Virus record (IMG/VR): IMGVR_UViG_3300024358_000009
Location: 1 to 64,000 of that record
DNA: 64,000 nucleotides
Reading direction: 5' to 3' (one strand)
Under the pieces are notes generated by a model that did not search any database, had not been told where the DNA came from, and saw only the letters and a list, made by a program, of their open reading frames with translations. A program made the translations under genes and the position numbers. Positions 1 through 7,542 of the stretch are shown one piece after another; position 1 is the first letter of the stretch, and every line of letters starts with the position of its first letter.

Positions 1-93
1 CAAGTATACAACCCATTATCAGATGTTCTAATTCATATAGATGAAGATGATGACATTGAATATGTAAATAATAATTATTTTAAAATCTGTTAA
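1..93 (+). CDS. 3' end of hypothetical protein (partial)
   Basis: Frame 1 open from window start to TAA at 91-93 (QVYNPLSD...YFKIC*). Confidence 0.5.
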   Translation, partial: QVYNPLSDVLIHIDEDDDIEYVNNNYFKIC

Positions 94-118
94 TATTTTT
101 TAGTAAACTGCGAATAAA
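90..118 (+). promoter_or_regulatory. variant of repeated bipartite promoter motif (TTAA-N17-CGAATAAA)
   Basis: Intergenic, same spacing as other copies, followed by GGAG RBS and ATG 140. Confidence 0.55.
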
Positions 119-139
119 TATATAGGACAGGAGAATACC

Positions 140-298
140 ATGACTAATGAACAAATTGAAACCCGATTGACCACTCTAGAAAAGATGATGGCTACCGCTA
201 ACCCAAAAGATTTACCAGCGTTAAATGCTAGTTATCAAAAGCTTATGGAAAAACTTGCGGATTCAGATGCCTCAGTTGCCTTCATAAAGGGAAAATAA
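140..298 (+). CDS. hypothetical protein (52 aa)
   Basis: Hand-translated MTNEQIETRL...FIKGK*; GGAG RBS at 130-133. Confidence 0.65.
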   Translation: MTNEQIETRLTTLEKMMATANPKDLPALNASYQKLMEKLADSDASVAFIKGK

Positions 299-299
299 C

Positions 300-581
300 A
301 TGAAGATTAAAGTATCAGATCGGGCGATGTATGGATATATACCTACAGAAAATCCAGATGTATTTAATAGAAAAAGCGTAGTATTTATAAAGGGCAAAGG
401 TTATTACTTCCAAGAAATTTTAGTAAAGATCATTAAACAAACATTGGACGGCATAGTATATGAAATAGAAGAATCAGCACCATATAACAATGTAATAACT
501 ATTAACTTGGAAAACCCAAGAAGGTTTAGCAAGAAAAGGTTAGGCGAACTTTTTGACATTCATGTTAAATGGATTAAATAA
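300..581 (+). CDS. hypothetical protein
   Basis: ORF abutting previous stop; no recognised motif. Confidence 0.6.
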   Translation: MKIKVSDRAMYGYIPTENPDVFNRKSVVFIKGKGYYFQEILVKIIKQTLDGIVYEIEESAPYNNVITINLENPRRFSKKRLGELFDIHVKWIK

Positions 582-593
582 GGGAGTTAATCA

Positions 594-776
594 ATGAAGG
601 AAATTAAATATACCTATGTAGTTGTAACAACTACTGTTTGTATATCTAGCTATGAAGACGATCAAGAAAATTCTATTCGTGGACTTAAACCAGATTTTGT
701 TTCTACAGTTGGTGATTGTTTGGAAGAACTTATGGAGTTTTTGATTTCTTTAGAAAAACAAGTGTGTACAAAGTAA
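594..776 (+). CDS. hypothetical protein
   Basis: GGGAG RBS upstream. Confidence 0.6.
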   Translation: MKEIKYTYVVVTTTVCISSYEDDQENSIRGLKPDFVSTVGDCLEELMEFLISLEKQVCTK

Positions 777-787
777 AGGAGTTAATA

Positions 788-979
788 ATGAATCGGCTAA
801 AAGAAAAGTTTGCATCGTCTAAAGTAAAACTTACCAAGCAAGAGACAAGAATATTATCTCTCCTGCTGTACTACTGTAATAGCCGTATAGGCGATGTTTA
901 TGAGACATTTGAGGATAAGATCAGAGAAGAAGACATAGCTGTAATAGCGAAAAAATTAGGGGCAGAAATACCAAAATAA
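788..979 (+). CDS. hypothetical protein
   Basis: In ORF 716..979; ATG 788 chosen because AGGAG lies just upstream. Confidence 0.6.
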   Translation: MNRLKEKFASSKVKLTKQETRILSLLLYYCNSRIGDVYETFEDKIREEDIAVIAKKLGAEIPK

Positions 980-994
980 CTGAAAGGAAAGATA

Positions 995-1168
995 ATGTAT
1001 GTATATGAGCTAATAGAAAAACTCAAAAAATATCCACAAGATATGTATTTGGAATTTAATGGGGCATATGTCTTTGGTTATATCAAAGATGAGGTAATAA
1101 ACATATGTTACAACCATGATGATAAAGGATGGATTTCTCCAGAAGAAATAAGCGAAAAAATAAAATAA
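995..1168 (+). CDS. hypothetical protein (57 aa)
   Basis: Hand-translated MYVYELIEKLKKYPQD...; AAGGA RBS. Confidence 0.6.
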   Translation: MYVYELIEKLKKYPQDMYLEFNGAYVFGYIKDEVINICYNHDDKGWISPEEISEKIK

Positions 1169-1178
1169 AAAAATTTTG

Positions 1179-1207
1179 TAAATAAAAAGTGGTTACTTAC
1201 GAATAAG
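1179..1207 (+). promoter_or_regulatory. repeated bipartite promoter motif TAAA-N16-ACGAATAAG
   Basis: Intergenic; followed by TATATAG, AAGGAGG RBS and ATG 1249. Confidence 0.75.
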
Positions 1208-1248
1208 TATATAGAGAAGGCAATAACACTATTCAAAGGAGGTTGGTC

Positions 1249-1620
1249 ATGGGTTTGGATAACTACTGGAAAGATCAGCATGGCAAAGAAGGATATGTAG
1301 AAGGATATTTTCGAGTTGTAGGCGGTCTTTGTTCTGGCAATGGCAATGATTCATTCCGTGGAAAAGTTTACAACGAAATAGTTCATGAACTTACAGGAGA
1401 GTCTTTATACCAAGACAAAATCTCAAGCGAGACTGTTAAGGAAATGAACGAAGCTATTCAAGAATGTGAATTTGAAAGAATGAGAAAGCTTACCTGTTGG
1501 GAAATAGAAGAAAATGAGTGGACAGACTTTAAGAGAATGTGGCAAGCACATTCAAACGCACATCATCATTTAGTTAGTTGGTGGTGTGGATGGCTTTTAA
1601 TTAATTGCTGGTTTCAATGA
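1249..1620 (+). CDS. hypothetical phage protein
   Basis: AAGGAGG RBS then ATG 1249; GLDNYW...FRGKVY...SWW pattern resembles phage hypotheticals. Confidence 0.65.
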   Translation: MGLDNYWKDQHGKEGYVEGYFRVVGGLCSGNGNDSFRGKVYNEIVHELTGESLYQDKISSETVKEMNEAIQECEFERMRKLTCWEIEENEWTDFKRMWQAHSNAHHHLVSWWCGWLLINCWFQ

Positions 1621-1647
1621 AATAAAAATAGTTTTAAAACGAATAAG
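1619..1647 (+). promoter_or_regulatory. repeated promoter motif (GAAA-N16-ACGAATAAG)
   Basis: Intergenic; followed by AAGGAGG and ATG 1667. Confidence 0.7.
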
Positions 1648-1666
1648 AATATATAAGGAGGACAAG

Positions 1667-1837
1667 ATGAAAACTGTAACAGTAAAGTTTGTAGTTAATG
1701 ATAATGACGAAGCTGGATTTTTGCTTAATGAAGTAGCAGAAAGTATTGGTAATGGTACTGGTTATCCTTTTATTTTTAGTCTTATTGAAAATAGTACCGA
1801 AGATGAGATTAAATTTTTTACAGAGGTAAACTCATGA
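1667..1837 (+). CDS. hypothetical protein (56 aa)
   Basis: Hand-translated MKTVTVKFVV...; AAGGAGG RBS. Confidence 0.65.
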   Translation: MKTVTVKFVVNDNDEAGFLLNEVAESIGNGTGYPFIFSLIENSTEDEIKFFTEVNS

Positions 1838-1992
1838 AAATAACAATGGAAGAATATACGCTATTGGCTCAAATTTTATTTTATGCCCATGATGACACAA
1901 ACAGAATGAATGAAGAACTAGGACTTAACTATACAACTGAGCAAGTAAATGATCTTGGTAAAAAACTTGGAATTCATATAAATAAAAACTAA
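1834..1992 (+). CDS. hypothetical protein (52 aa)
   Basis: ATGA overlap with previous gene; GAGG RBS. Confidence 0.6.
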   Translation: MKITMEEYTLLAQILFYAHDDTNRMNEELGLNYTTEQVNDLGKKLGIHINKN

Positions 1993-2007
1993 CTATCTAC
2001 GAATAAG
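1979..2007 (+). promoter_or_regulatory. repeated promoter motif TAAA-N16-ACGAATAAG
   Basis: Ends 5 nt before the methyltransferase ATG. Confidence 0.7.
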
Positions 2008-2012
2008 AGTAC

Positions 2013-2915
2013 ATGAGCATGAAAGTTTATGATATGTTTTCTGGGATTGGTGGCTTCTCTCTTGCATTTCAGCAAGAAGGATATGAAGTAACTGCCCAAG
2101 CTGAGATAGATAAATATCCATCTTTGGTTCTACAAAAGAACTTTCCGAACATACCAAACTATGGAGATGTTACTAAGATCAACTATGAAGAAGGTCAGTT
2201 TGATGTAATCATCGGTGGGTTTCCTTGTACAGATATATCCATAGCGAGCAAGACAAAGAAAGGCATTTATGGCGAACGATCTATCTTGTGGAAAGAATTT
2301 TTACGGGCAATCAAAGAAGTCAAGCCAAAATACTGTGTCGTTGAAAATGTCCAAATGCTCGTTAGAAGGGGGCTTAACACAATTCTCGCAGACCTTGCCG
2401 AAGTCGGGTACGATGCGTCTTACACGACCCTTGATGCCCAATTCTGCGGAACCCCACAACGAAGACGCAGAATTTATATTCTGGGAGTGCGTGACGGAAT
2501 CCCCGCAGAAGCCGATCCCTTCCACTTTGCAGAGCGTAGTACAGATGAATGTGGACGAGAAGTACAATCTGTCAAACAGAGCTTTGATTGGAATTTTAAA
2601 GCGGAACACGAAGGGCAAAAAGACTTTGCCTACTTTACTAGACAACGCTCTGATGAATTTACTGGGTGCGGAGTATCATCTACATTGATGAAAAGAGACT
2701 ATAAAGATTTTACCGATGTCATTCTAATAGATGGAAAAGTAAGAAGGGTAACGCCAACAGAAAGACTTCGCCTCATGGGCTTTCCAGATCATTGGCATTT
2801 GGATAACGCCAAAGATACAGACAAGTACAAATATTGTGGAATGGATGTTCATTCAGTTAGATATGTAGCTAGATGTTTAAAGGAATATGACCAATGTTTC
2901 AGTTTGAAAAAATAG
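2013..2915 (+). CDS. C5 DNA cytosine methyltransferase family protein (alpha-type chain)
   Basis: Motif I DMFSGIGG, motif IV GGFPC, motif VI ENV, motif VIII QRRRRIY, RVTPTERLRLMGFPD; motif X divergent (YCGMDV instead of GNxV). Confidence 0.93.
   Translation: MSMKVYDMFSGIGGFSLAFQQEGYEVTAQAEIDKYPSLVLQKNFPNIPNYGDVTKINYEEGQFDVIIGGFPCTDISIASKTKKGIYGERSILWKEFLRAIKEVKPKYCVVENVQMLVRRGLNTILADLAEVGYDASYTTLDAQFCGTPQRRRRIYILGVRDGIPAEADPFHFAERSTDECGREVQSVKQSFDWNFKAEHEGQKDFAYFTRQRSDEFTGCGVSSTLMKRDYKDFTDVILIDGKVRRVTPTERLRLMGFPDHWHLDNAKDTDKYKYCGMDVHSVRYVARCLKEYDQCFSLKK
2269..2688 (+). CDS. putative methyltransferase beta polypeptide (M.EcoHK31I beta-like), nested in +1 frame
   Basis: 139-codon ORF inside the MTase; AAAGG 5 nt before ATG; C-terminus TLQSVV...YNLSNRALIGILKR..KGKKTLPTLLDNAL fits the recalled beta-chain pattern SLSDIL..LS..AC.GILRR...GK.LP..L..AL. 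Confidence 0.65.
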   Translation: MANDLSCGKNFYGQSKKSSQNTVSLKMSKCSLEGGLTQFSQTLPKSGTMRLTRPLMPNSAEPHNEDAEFIFWECVTESPQKPIPSTLQSVVQMNVDEKYNLSNRALIGILKRNTKGKKTLPTLLDNALMNLLGAEYHLH

Positions 2916-3529
2916 CCGATCAGTTTGACGACCATTTAAAAGGCCAATTGTTTTGGCACAAAGATTTTGTCAACCACTTCTTGCCAGAGATTGCATCTGT
3001 ATACATGGAGAAAGATTCTTATGTATATGATTTTGGTGCTAGTACAGGCAATGTAGAAATTGCTTTATCAAACATGATTGAAGAAAGGTGTGTAAACTTT
3101 ACACCAATCGAAAAATGTGTTGAGATGGCAGACAGGTACAAGGGTAATCAAGAAAGACTTATTATTGGAGACTTTTTACATATACCAATTCAAGAGTATT
3201 CTTTTGCTACAAGTATTTTAGCTTTATGTTTTGTTCATCCATCTAAAAGAAAAGGCTTTATTGAAAAGATCAAATCTAAATGCAAAGTTGGTGGGGCGTT
3301 TATCATCCTAGAAAAGATGATTAATTTTGAAGGATATCTTGGTACTGCACTCAGTAGAGTAACTTGGCGAAATAAACTTGAGCAAGGAGAATCTATTAAA
3401 CAAGTTGTGAACAAAGAACTTTCCTTGAGCGGTGTTCAATATCCACTACAAGAGAGTGAACTAGAAGGATTTAGACTTGTATGGGCATATGGTAACTTCA
3501 GATCATATATTTACACAAACGGATTTTAA
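2894..3529 (+). CDS. CmoA-like class I SAM-binding protein (carboxy-SAM synthase family)
   Basis: F..IADQFDDH, VYDFGASTG, GGAFIILEK, W.YGNF align with the recalled E. coli CmoA; overlaps MTase 3' end. Confidence 0.75.
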   Translation: MFQFEKIADQFDDHLKGQLFWHKDFVNHFLPEIASVYMEKDSYVYDFGASTGNVEIALSNMIEERCVNFTPIEKCVEMADRYKGNQERLIIGDFLHIPIQEYSFATSILALCFVHPSKRKGFIEKIKSKCKVGGAFIILEKMINFEGYLGTALSRVTWRNKLEQGESIKQVVNKELSLSGVQYPLQESELEGFRLVWAYGNFRSYIYTNGF

Positions 3530-3534
3530 TTCAG

Positions 3535-3563
3535 TAAATATTTTTTAACTTTCAACGAATAAG
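3535..3563 (+). promoter_or_regulatory. repeated promoter motif TAAA-N16-ACGAATAAG
   Basis: Intergenic; followed by ATTATATAG and AAGGAG. Confidence 0.75.
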
Positions 3564-3586
3564 ATTATATAGAAAAGGAGTTAATC

Positions 3587-3775
3587 ATGCTTGAAGAATT
3601 TAAATGTGAAAATGGTCATTTTGTTATGAATGATAATGTGATGTACATGGTGTTGGACGAAAACATATCGCTTGGAGATTTGATTTGGAATAATGACGGA
3701 GATGTTTTTGAAGTTGGTGAAGATGATGATCTGGTTTATGTAAATGAATACTATTTGAAAGTAAAAAAACTTTAG
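3587..3775 (+). CDS. hypothetical protein
   Basis: AAGGAG RBS. Confidence 0.65.
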   Translation: MLEEFKCENGHFVMNDNVMYMVLDENISLGDLIWNNDGDVFEVGEDDDLVYVNEYYLKVKKL

Positions 3776-3789
3776 AAAAGGAATTAATC

Positions 3790-4194
3790 ATGAAGACTGT
3801 AAACTGCTATGACTATTGCACAACTGAAGATAAGAAGTTTATTTGCATGGCTAATGATATGCTTGAACTTCAATCAAGTATGGAGAAAGGCGATTACGAA
3901 TTTGCCTATTCTGTTTTAAGTGGTAACGGATTTGAACAATACAAATCACTTTCTAGCAAAGAAGTTGATGAACAATACGATGCAATCTCGGACTCTATAG
4001 ATTTTGAAGTAGTGATTAGCATTGCAGAAAATCTAAAAGACAATCTAATAACTCCTCTGCTATATCAAGACAGGGCTATGCAATCAATGTTTGAGGATTT
4101 GGTAAACAAACAACCATTTGTAAAATCTGAAAGGCGAATTAAAAACGCAAGGCAAGAAGTTGCTAGAAGGTTTGGCGAGTACGACAACGATTAA
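3790..4194 (+). CDS. hypothetical protein
   Basis: AAGGA RBS; acidic protein. Confidence 0.65.
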   Translation: MKTVNCYDYCTTEDKKFICMANDMLELQSSMEKGDYEFAYSVLSGNGFEQYKSLSSKEVDEQYDAISDSIDFEVVISIAENLKDNLITPLLYQDRAMQSMFEDLVNKQPFVKSERRIKNARQEVARRFGEYDND

Positions 4195-4199
4195 TACAA

Positions 4200-4272
4200 G
4201 GGCTACTAGCTTAAATAGTAAAGCTCCGAACTCATAATTCGGTGAGTGAAAGTGCAAGTCTTTCGTAGCCCA
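4200..4272 (+). tRNA. tRNA with CAU anticodon (elongator Met or Ile2)
   Basis: Acceptor GGGCTAC/GTAGCCC, D stem GCTT/AAGC, anticodon stem CCGAA/TTCGG with loop CTCATAA, T stem GAAAG/CTTTC with loop TGCAAGT, discriminator A, no encoded CCA; G1:C72 pair argues against initiator. Confidence 0.88.
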
Positions 4273-4286
4273 CTAATTTAGAGGCA

Positions 4287-4481
4287 ATGATGATTACTGT
4301 AATAGATTCTTCAAATCAGTATACTCATAACGAATTTAAAAAAGTAATTATCAATCTATCTAATGATGATGGAAAGGAAGATGTTCTTATAACTATACTT
4401 CCAGACGAATGTTCTATTACGATTGAACACTATTCTTCTGGACAGGAAGAACCATACGAAAAAAGAAAAATAAATTGGTAA
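4287..4481 (+). CDS. hypothetical protein
   Basis: GAGG RBS. Confidence 0.55.
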   Translation: MMITVIDSSNQYTHNEFKKVIINLSNDDGKEDVLITILPDECSITIEHYSSGQEEPYEKRKINW

Positions 4482-4495
4482 ACAAAACGAATAAG
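4467..4495 (+). promoter_or_regulatory. repeated promoter motif (AAAA-N16-ACGAATAAG)
   Basis: At gene junction; followed by AATATAG, AAGGAG and ATG 4526. Confidence 0.65.
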
Positions 4496-4525
4496 AATAT
4501 AGACCTGTCAAGAAAAGGAGTTGCT

Positions 4526-4747
4526 ATGGTAGATGTTTTTATTGTTCGATTGAAGAATCGTGACCATTTTACGATGATGTCGAAAATGGACAAGGCAGAC
4601 TTTTGGGATGGCATTCGTCAGTATTCTAAGAAACTAATATTTGACACTAAAGAAGAAGCATTGCGAATTAGCAAGTATCTTGCAGAAAGAACTTGGCTTG
4701 ATTGGGAAGTTTGCAGTGTTCTTGAGTCTAACTATTGGGAGCAATAA
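4526..4747 (+). CDS. hypothetical protein
   Basis: In ORF 4475..4747; ATG 4526 follows AAGGAG. Confidence 0.6.
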   Translation: MVDVFIVRLKNRDHFTMMSKMDKADFWDGIRQYSKKLIFDTKEEALRISKYLAERTWLDWEVCSVLESNYWEQ

Positions 4748-4989
4748 TGATTGACATGGGCGATGGATGGATTGTTACTTTATCAGATAAATCTTTCCTT
4801 AATGATATGGGTATTAAAGAAAGATATGACTGGTGGAATGATATAAAGAAGGTTACTCGTCTTGAGTTTACCGATAAGGCTAGGGCAGAAGAAACTTGTT
4901 CTATGCTAAATAAAAGAACTGGAATGAAGTGGAAGATTGAAAATAGTTTGTTTACTGGCTTTTATCATGAAAAGAGGCAGCGATCATGA
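4747..4989 (+). CDS. hypothetical protein
   Basis: TAATG overlap with previous stop; GGGAG RBS. Confidence 0.6.
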   Translation: MIDMGDGWIVTLSDKSFLNDMGIKERYDWWNDIKKVTRLEFTDKARAEETCSMLNKRTGMKWKIENSLFTGFYHEKRQRS

Positions 4990-5216
4990 AGATAGACCAA
5001 GCAATCAATATGCTTCAAGAAGCAAAAGCTAATGGATCAAAGAATATTATCTTTGCCTTTTGGGAAGCTAATGTCTTTGAAAGAAAGGCTGGCAAGACTT
5101 TTAAAGATAATGAAACATGGGCAAACATAGCTAACTTTATTGATGAGAATATGGATTGGGCTTATGTTCATGAAAGCTTACAGGAAATTATCAGCGAAAA
5201 CTATGTAAAGGATTAG
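4986..5216 (+). CDS. hypothetical protein
   Basis: ATGA coupling. Confidence 0.6.
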   Translation: MKIDQAINMLQEAKANGSKNIIFAFWEANVFERKAGKTFKDNETWANIANFIDENMDWAYVHESLQEIISENYVKD

Positions 5217-5218
5217 CA

Positions 5219-5428
5219 ATGAGCAAAGACGATATACTTCATTATCTAAATGCCAAGAGTGAGTATACTGCAAATGTCAATCTTCGTAATTATACAGATC
5301 AACAATGGTCTATATCATTTGATGAAGATAGTGTAACTATTAGTACGAAAGCTATAAAGAAAAAGCTTAAGTATAATTCTTTTACTAAAAAAGATTTTGA
5401 TGAAATTTTTGAAACATCAAACGAATAA
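5219..5428 (+). CDS. hypothetical protein
   Basis: Packed ORF. Confidence 0.55.
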   Translation: MSKDDILHYLNAKSEYTANVNLRNYTDQQWSISFDEDSVTISTKAIKKKLKYNSFTKKDFDEIFETSNE

Positions 5429-5429
5429 T
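5401..5429 (+). promoter_or_regulatory. variant promoter motif (TGAA-N16-ACGAATAAT)
   Basis: At gene junction before GAGGA RBS. Confidence 0.45.
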
Positions 5430-5443
5430 AAATAGAGGATGTT

Positions 5444-5707
5444 ATGACAACATTTGAAGAACAGCCAAAAACAAAGAAGCCAAGGATGAGCGAAGATAAA
5501 ATCTTAAATGAAGTTTTTATTCAAATGGGAAAACCAGATAATATTAATATTATCAAGGCAACTGCCGTTAATGTATTTGCTAATAGATATAGAGTTAATA
5601 TTTGGCAAAGCATTAACAATCCTTTTTTGCCTAAAGCTGGCAAGATTGTCGCTAGTTATTTTGTAATTGTTTACGATAGTGGAGAGGTGGTTATCAATAA
5701 TGATTGA
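5444..5707 (+). CDS. hypothetical protein
   Basis: GAGGA RBS; NVFANRYRVNIW pattern. Confidence 0.65.
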   Translation: MTTFEEQPKTKKPRMSEDKILNEVFIQMGKPDNINIIKATAVNVFANRYRVNIWQSINNPFLPKAGKIVASYFVIVYDSGEVVINND

Positions 5708-5972
5708 GTCTTACAGAATGCTTTTAAATTATTTTGCAGCAGAAAATACCCAATCAAAAAATGGCGAAGTACAAATAAACTGTAATAACTTTGATAGTGG
5801 ATTAATTATAAAAAATATTGATGATAGAAGCGTACTTATAAAAGTAAAAGATAGAACAGAACCTCAAAATATGAGAGTTCTTTTTTATCCAATCAAGTAT
5901 AATGTATTGGAGAAGGCTTTAAGTTCTTTAGAAAAGGAAATTAAAAATGGTATGGTGGGAAATCAAATCTAA
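5700..5972 (+). CDS. hypothetical protein
   Basis: In ORF 5667..5972; ATG 5700 follows GGAGAGG. Confidence 0.55.
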   Translation: MIESYRMLLNYFAAENTQSKNGEVQINCNNFDSGLIIKNIDDRSVLIKVKDRTEPQNMRVLFYPIKYNVLEKALSSLEKEIKNGMVGNQI

Positions 5973-6180
5973 TACCCTATCTTTAGCTAGATGGCTTAAA
6001 GAAGAAGGCGAATGGGATAACGCAGGAAACACAGAACTTCCAAGCGGAGAAGTTGTTGACGATGATCCAATCGCAAGACTTATTTATTATTTTGAAAAGC
6101 CTTGGAAGTATGAAAGTGAATGGAATAAATATCAAAATTTTTTAAATAAAAAATCTTTACAAACGAATAAGATTATATAG
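5947..6180 (+). CDS. hypothetical protein
   Basis: Packed ORF. Confidence 0.55.
   Translation: MVWWEIKSNTLSLARWLKEEGEWDNAGNTELPSGEVVDDDPIARLIYYFEKPWKYESEWNKYQNFLNKKSLQTNKII
6143..6171 (+). promoter_or_regulatory. repeated promoter motif TAAA-N16-ACGAATAAG
   Basis: Shares ACGAATAAGATTATATAGAAA with the 3555 copy; followed by AAGGAG. Confidence 0.75.
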
Positions 6181-6193
6181 AAAGGAGAAACAA

Positions 6194-6388
6194 ATGATTA
6201 TTCGCACTCATAAGAAATTTGAACTGTGGACAAAAGTTGGTGATAGCTTTGTGAAAGCTAACTATCTTGTTACAGATATGAACTCACAAATTGTAGGTGC
6301 TTATATCACTAAGCGAGAAGCAGAAGCACAACAAAGGATTGTCAATGATGAAATTCTTGCTAATGATCTTACCGCTCCTCGTGATTAG
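6194..6388 (+). CDS. hypothetical protein
   Basis: AAGGAG RBS. Confidence 0.65.
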   Translation: MIIRTHKKFELWTKVGDSFVKANYLVTDMNSQIVGAYITKREAEAQQRIVNDEILANDLTAPRD

Positions 6389-6503
6389 TAGTGGATGCGG
6401 AACTGTAGAGCAAACTGTATCAACAAGTATATCTCCTTATGATTCTAGGGAGATAGACAAAATAAATGTAAGTTTAAGATATACATATACATTTCCAAAA
6501 TAG
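6345..6503 (+). CDS. putative small lipoprotein
   Basis: MMKFLLMILPLLVISSGC: basic N-terminus, hydrophobic core, lipobox-like SSGC. Confidence 0.55.
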   Translation: MMKFLLMILPLLVISSGCGTVEQTVSTSISPYDSREIDKINVSLRYTYTFPK

Positions 6504-6514
6504 GAGGAATAAAA

Positions 6515-6724
6515 ATGAAGATGTACCTTGTTAAAGGTTACAAAGACAATACTCTTAGGGCTGGTTTTCTTGAAAGAGAGTGGGTTTCTAAGAGTGGCAA
6601 ACCACTTGTAACGCTAAAGATTGTAGATCACTACAAAGAACATAAAACAGTTTTTAGGACTTATCATCGTGATAAGCTGGCTGTAATGAAGGTTCTTAAT
6701 GTTGATGATGAATTGTTGGCATAA
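6515..6724 (+). CDS. hypothetical protein
   Basis: AGGAGG RBS. Confidence 0.65.
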   Translation: MKMYLVKGYKDNTLRAGFLEREWVSKSGKPLVTLKIVDHYKEHKTVFRTYHRDKLAVMKVLNVDDELLA

Positions 6725-6745
6725 CTTAGAAAGGAAGATTTTAAA

Positions 6746-7009
6746 ATGGCTACTAAAGGACAGACTTGGAAGCAAAATAGAGACATTACTCCGGAGGAAT
6801 TCGTAAAAGTATTTACCGAAAAAGACTCTGTTGAAGAAGTCGCTGAACACTTTAAAATTAGTGTTTCTTCTGTAAGAAATAGGGCTTATTCATTAAAGCG
6901 TTCTGGAGTCAATCTTAACACTAAAAAGAAGAATTCTAATTCTTTCTTTGGCACTTCTAAATTTGATGTAGATGCCCTAAATAAAATTGTGCAGAAAGCG
7001 AATAAGTAG
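6746..7009 (+). CDS. helix-turn-helix DNA-binding protein
   Basis: SVEEVAEHFKISVSSVRNRAYSLKR is an HTH pattern. Confidence 0.6.
   Translation: MATKGQTWKQNRDITPEEFVKVFTEKDSVEEVAEHFKISVSSVRNRAYSLKRSGVNLNTKKKNSNSFFGTSKFDVDALNKIVQKANK
6978..7006 (+). promoter_or_regulatory. repeated promoter motif (TAAA-N16-GCGAATAAG)
   Basis: At end of HTH gene, exact spacing. Confidence 0.6.
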
Positions 7010-7100
7010 TCATGCCACTAAAACCTACAGCTGGATTTGATTGGTTTGTCTTTTTGTCTTGTTTGCTTGGATTCATTGGTGGTTTTATAAGGAGATAATT

Positions 7101-7337
7101 ATGTACAGAAGGTTTTTTCTAACTACTGGGCTTTCACTCTTAACAGTTGGATTTGCTTTTGCAAAAAAGAAAGTTCGCAATACTGTGACTGGCTTTGGTA
7201 AAACTTTGTCAGAAGCTATGAACGACTGTTATCGTAATGCCAGACTTATTTCAACTTCATATCAAACTATTAGTCGTAGTTCTTCTGGAAGCGGTTCTTC
7301 TTGGACTTACACTATGGTAATTGAATATGAAGACTAA
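7101..7337 (+). CDS. small exported protein with Tat-like signal
   Basis: AAGGAG RBS then MYRRFFLTTGLSLLTVGFAFA (twin-arginine-like RRFFL, hydrophobic core, AFA cleavage site). Confidence 0.6.
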   Translation: MYRRFFLTTGLSLLTVGFAFAKKKVRNTVTGFGKTLSEAMNDCYRNARLISTSYQTISRSSSGSGSSWTYTMVIEYED

Positions 7338-7542
7338 GTATGAAAAATGGGTACTTCCTAGATCAGACTGGACAAGATATGTTATCCATGTTTGTTCTAG
7401 GAAGATGCCTGAACAAATCTGGGTTGAGCGTACAGGAAAAGAAATTAGATTAATGTTTGGTCAAGGCAACGCAGGAAAAAGAGGTGATTTATTAACGGAA
7501 TCCAGTCTTACGAGTATGGGATACAAAATATTAAAAAAATGA
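7321..7542 (+). CDS. hypothetical protein
   Basis: Packed ORF. Confidence 0.55.
   Translation: MNMKTKYEKWVLPRSDWTRYVIHVCSRKMPEQIWVERTGKEIRLMFGQGNAGKRGDLLTESSLTSMGYKILKK

Noticed and set aside
2301-2645. Minus-strand ORF inside the methyltransferase
   Set aside because: Antisense shadow of two coding frames; no RBS or motif
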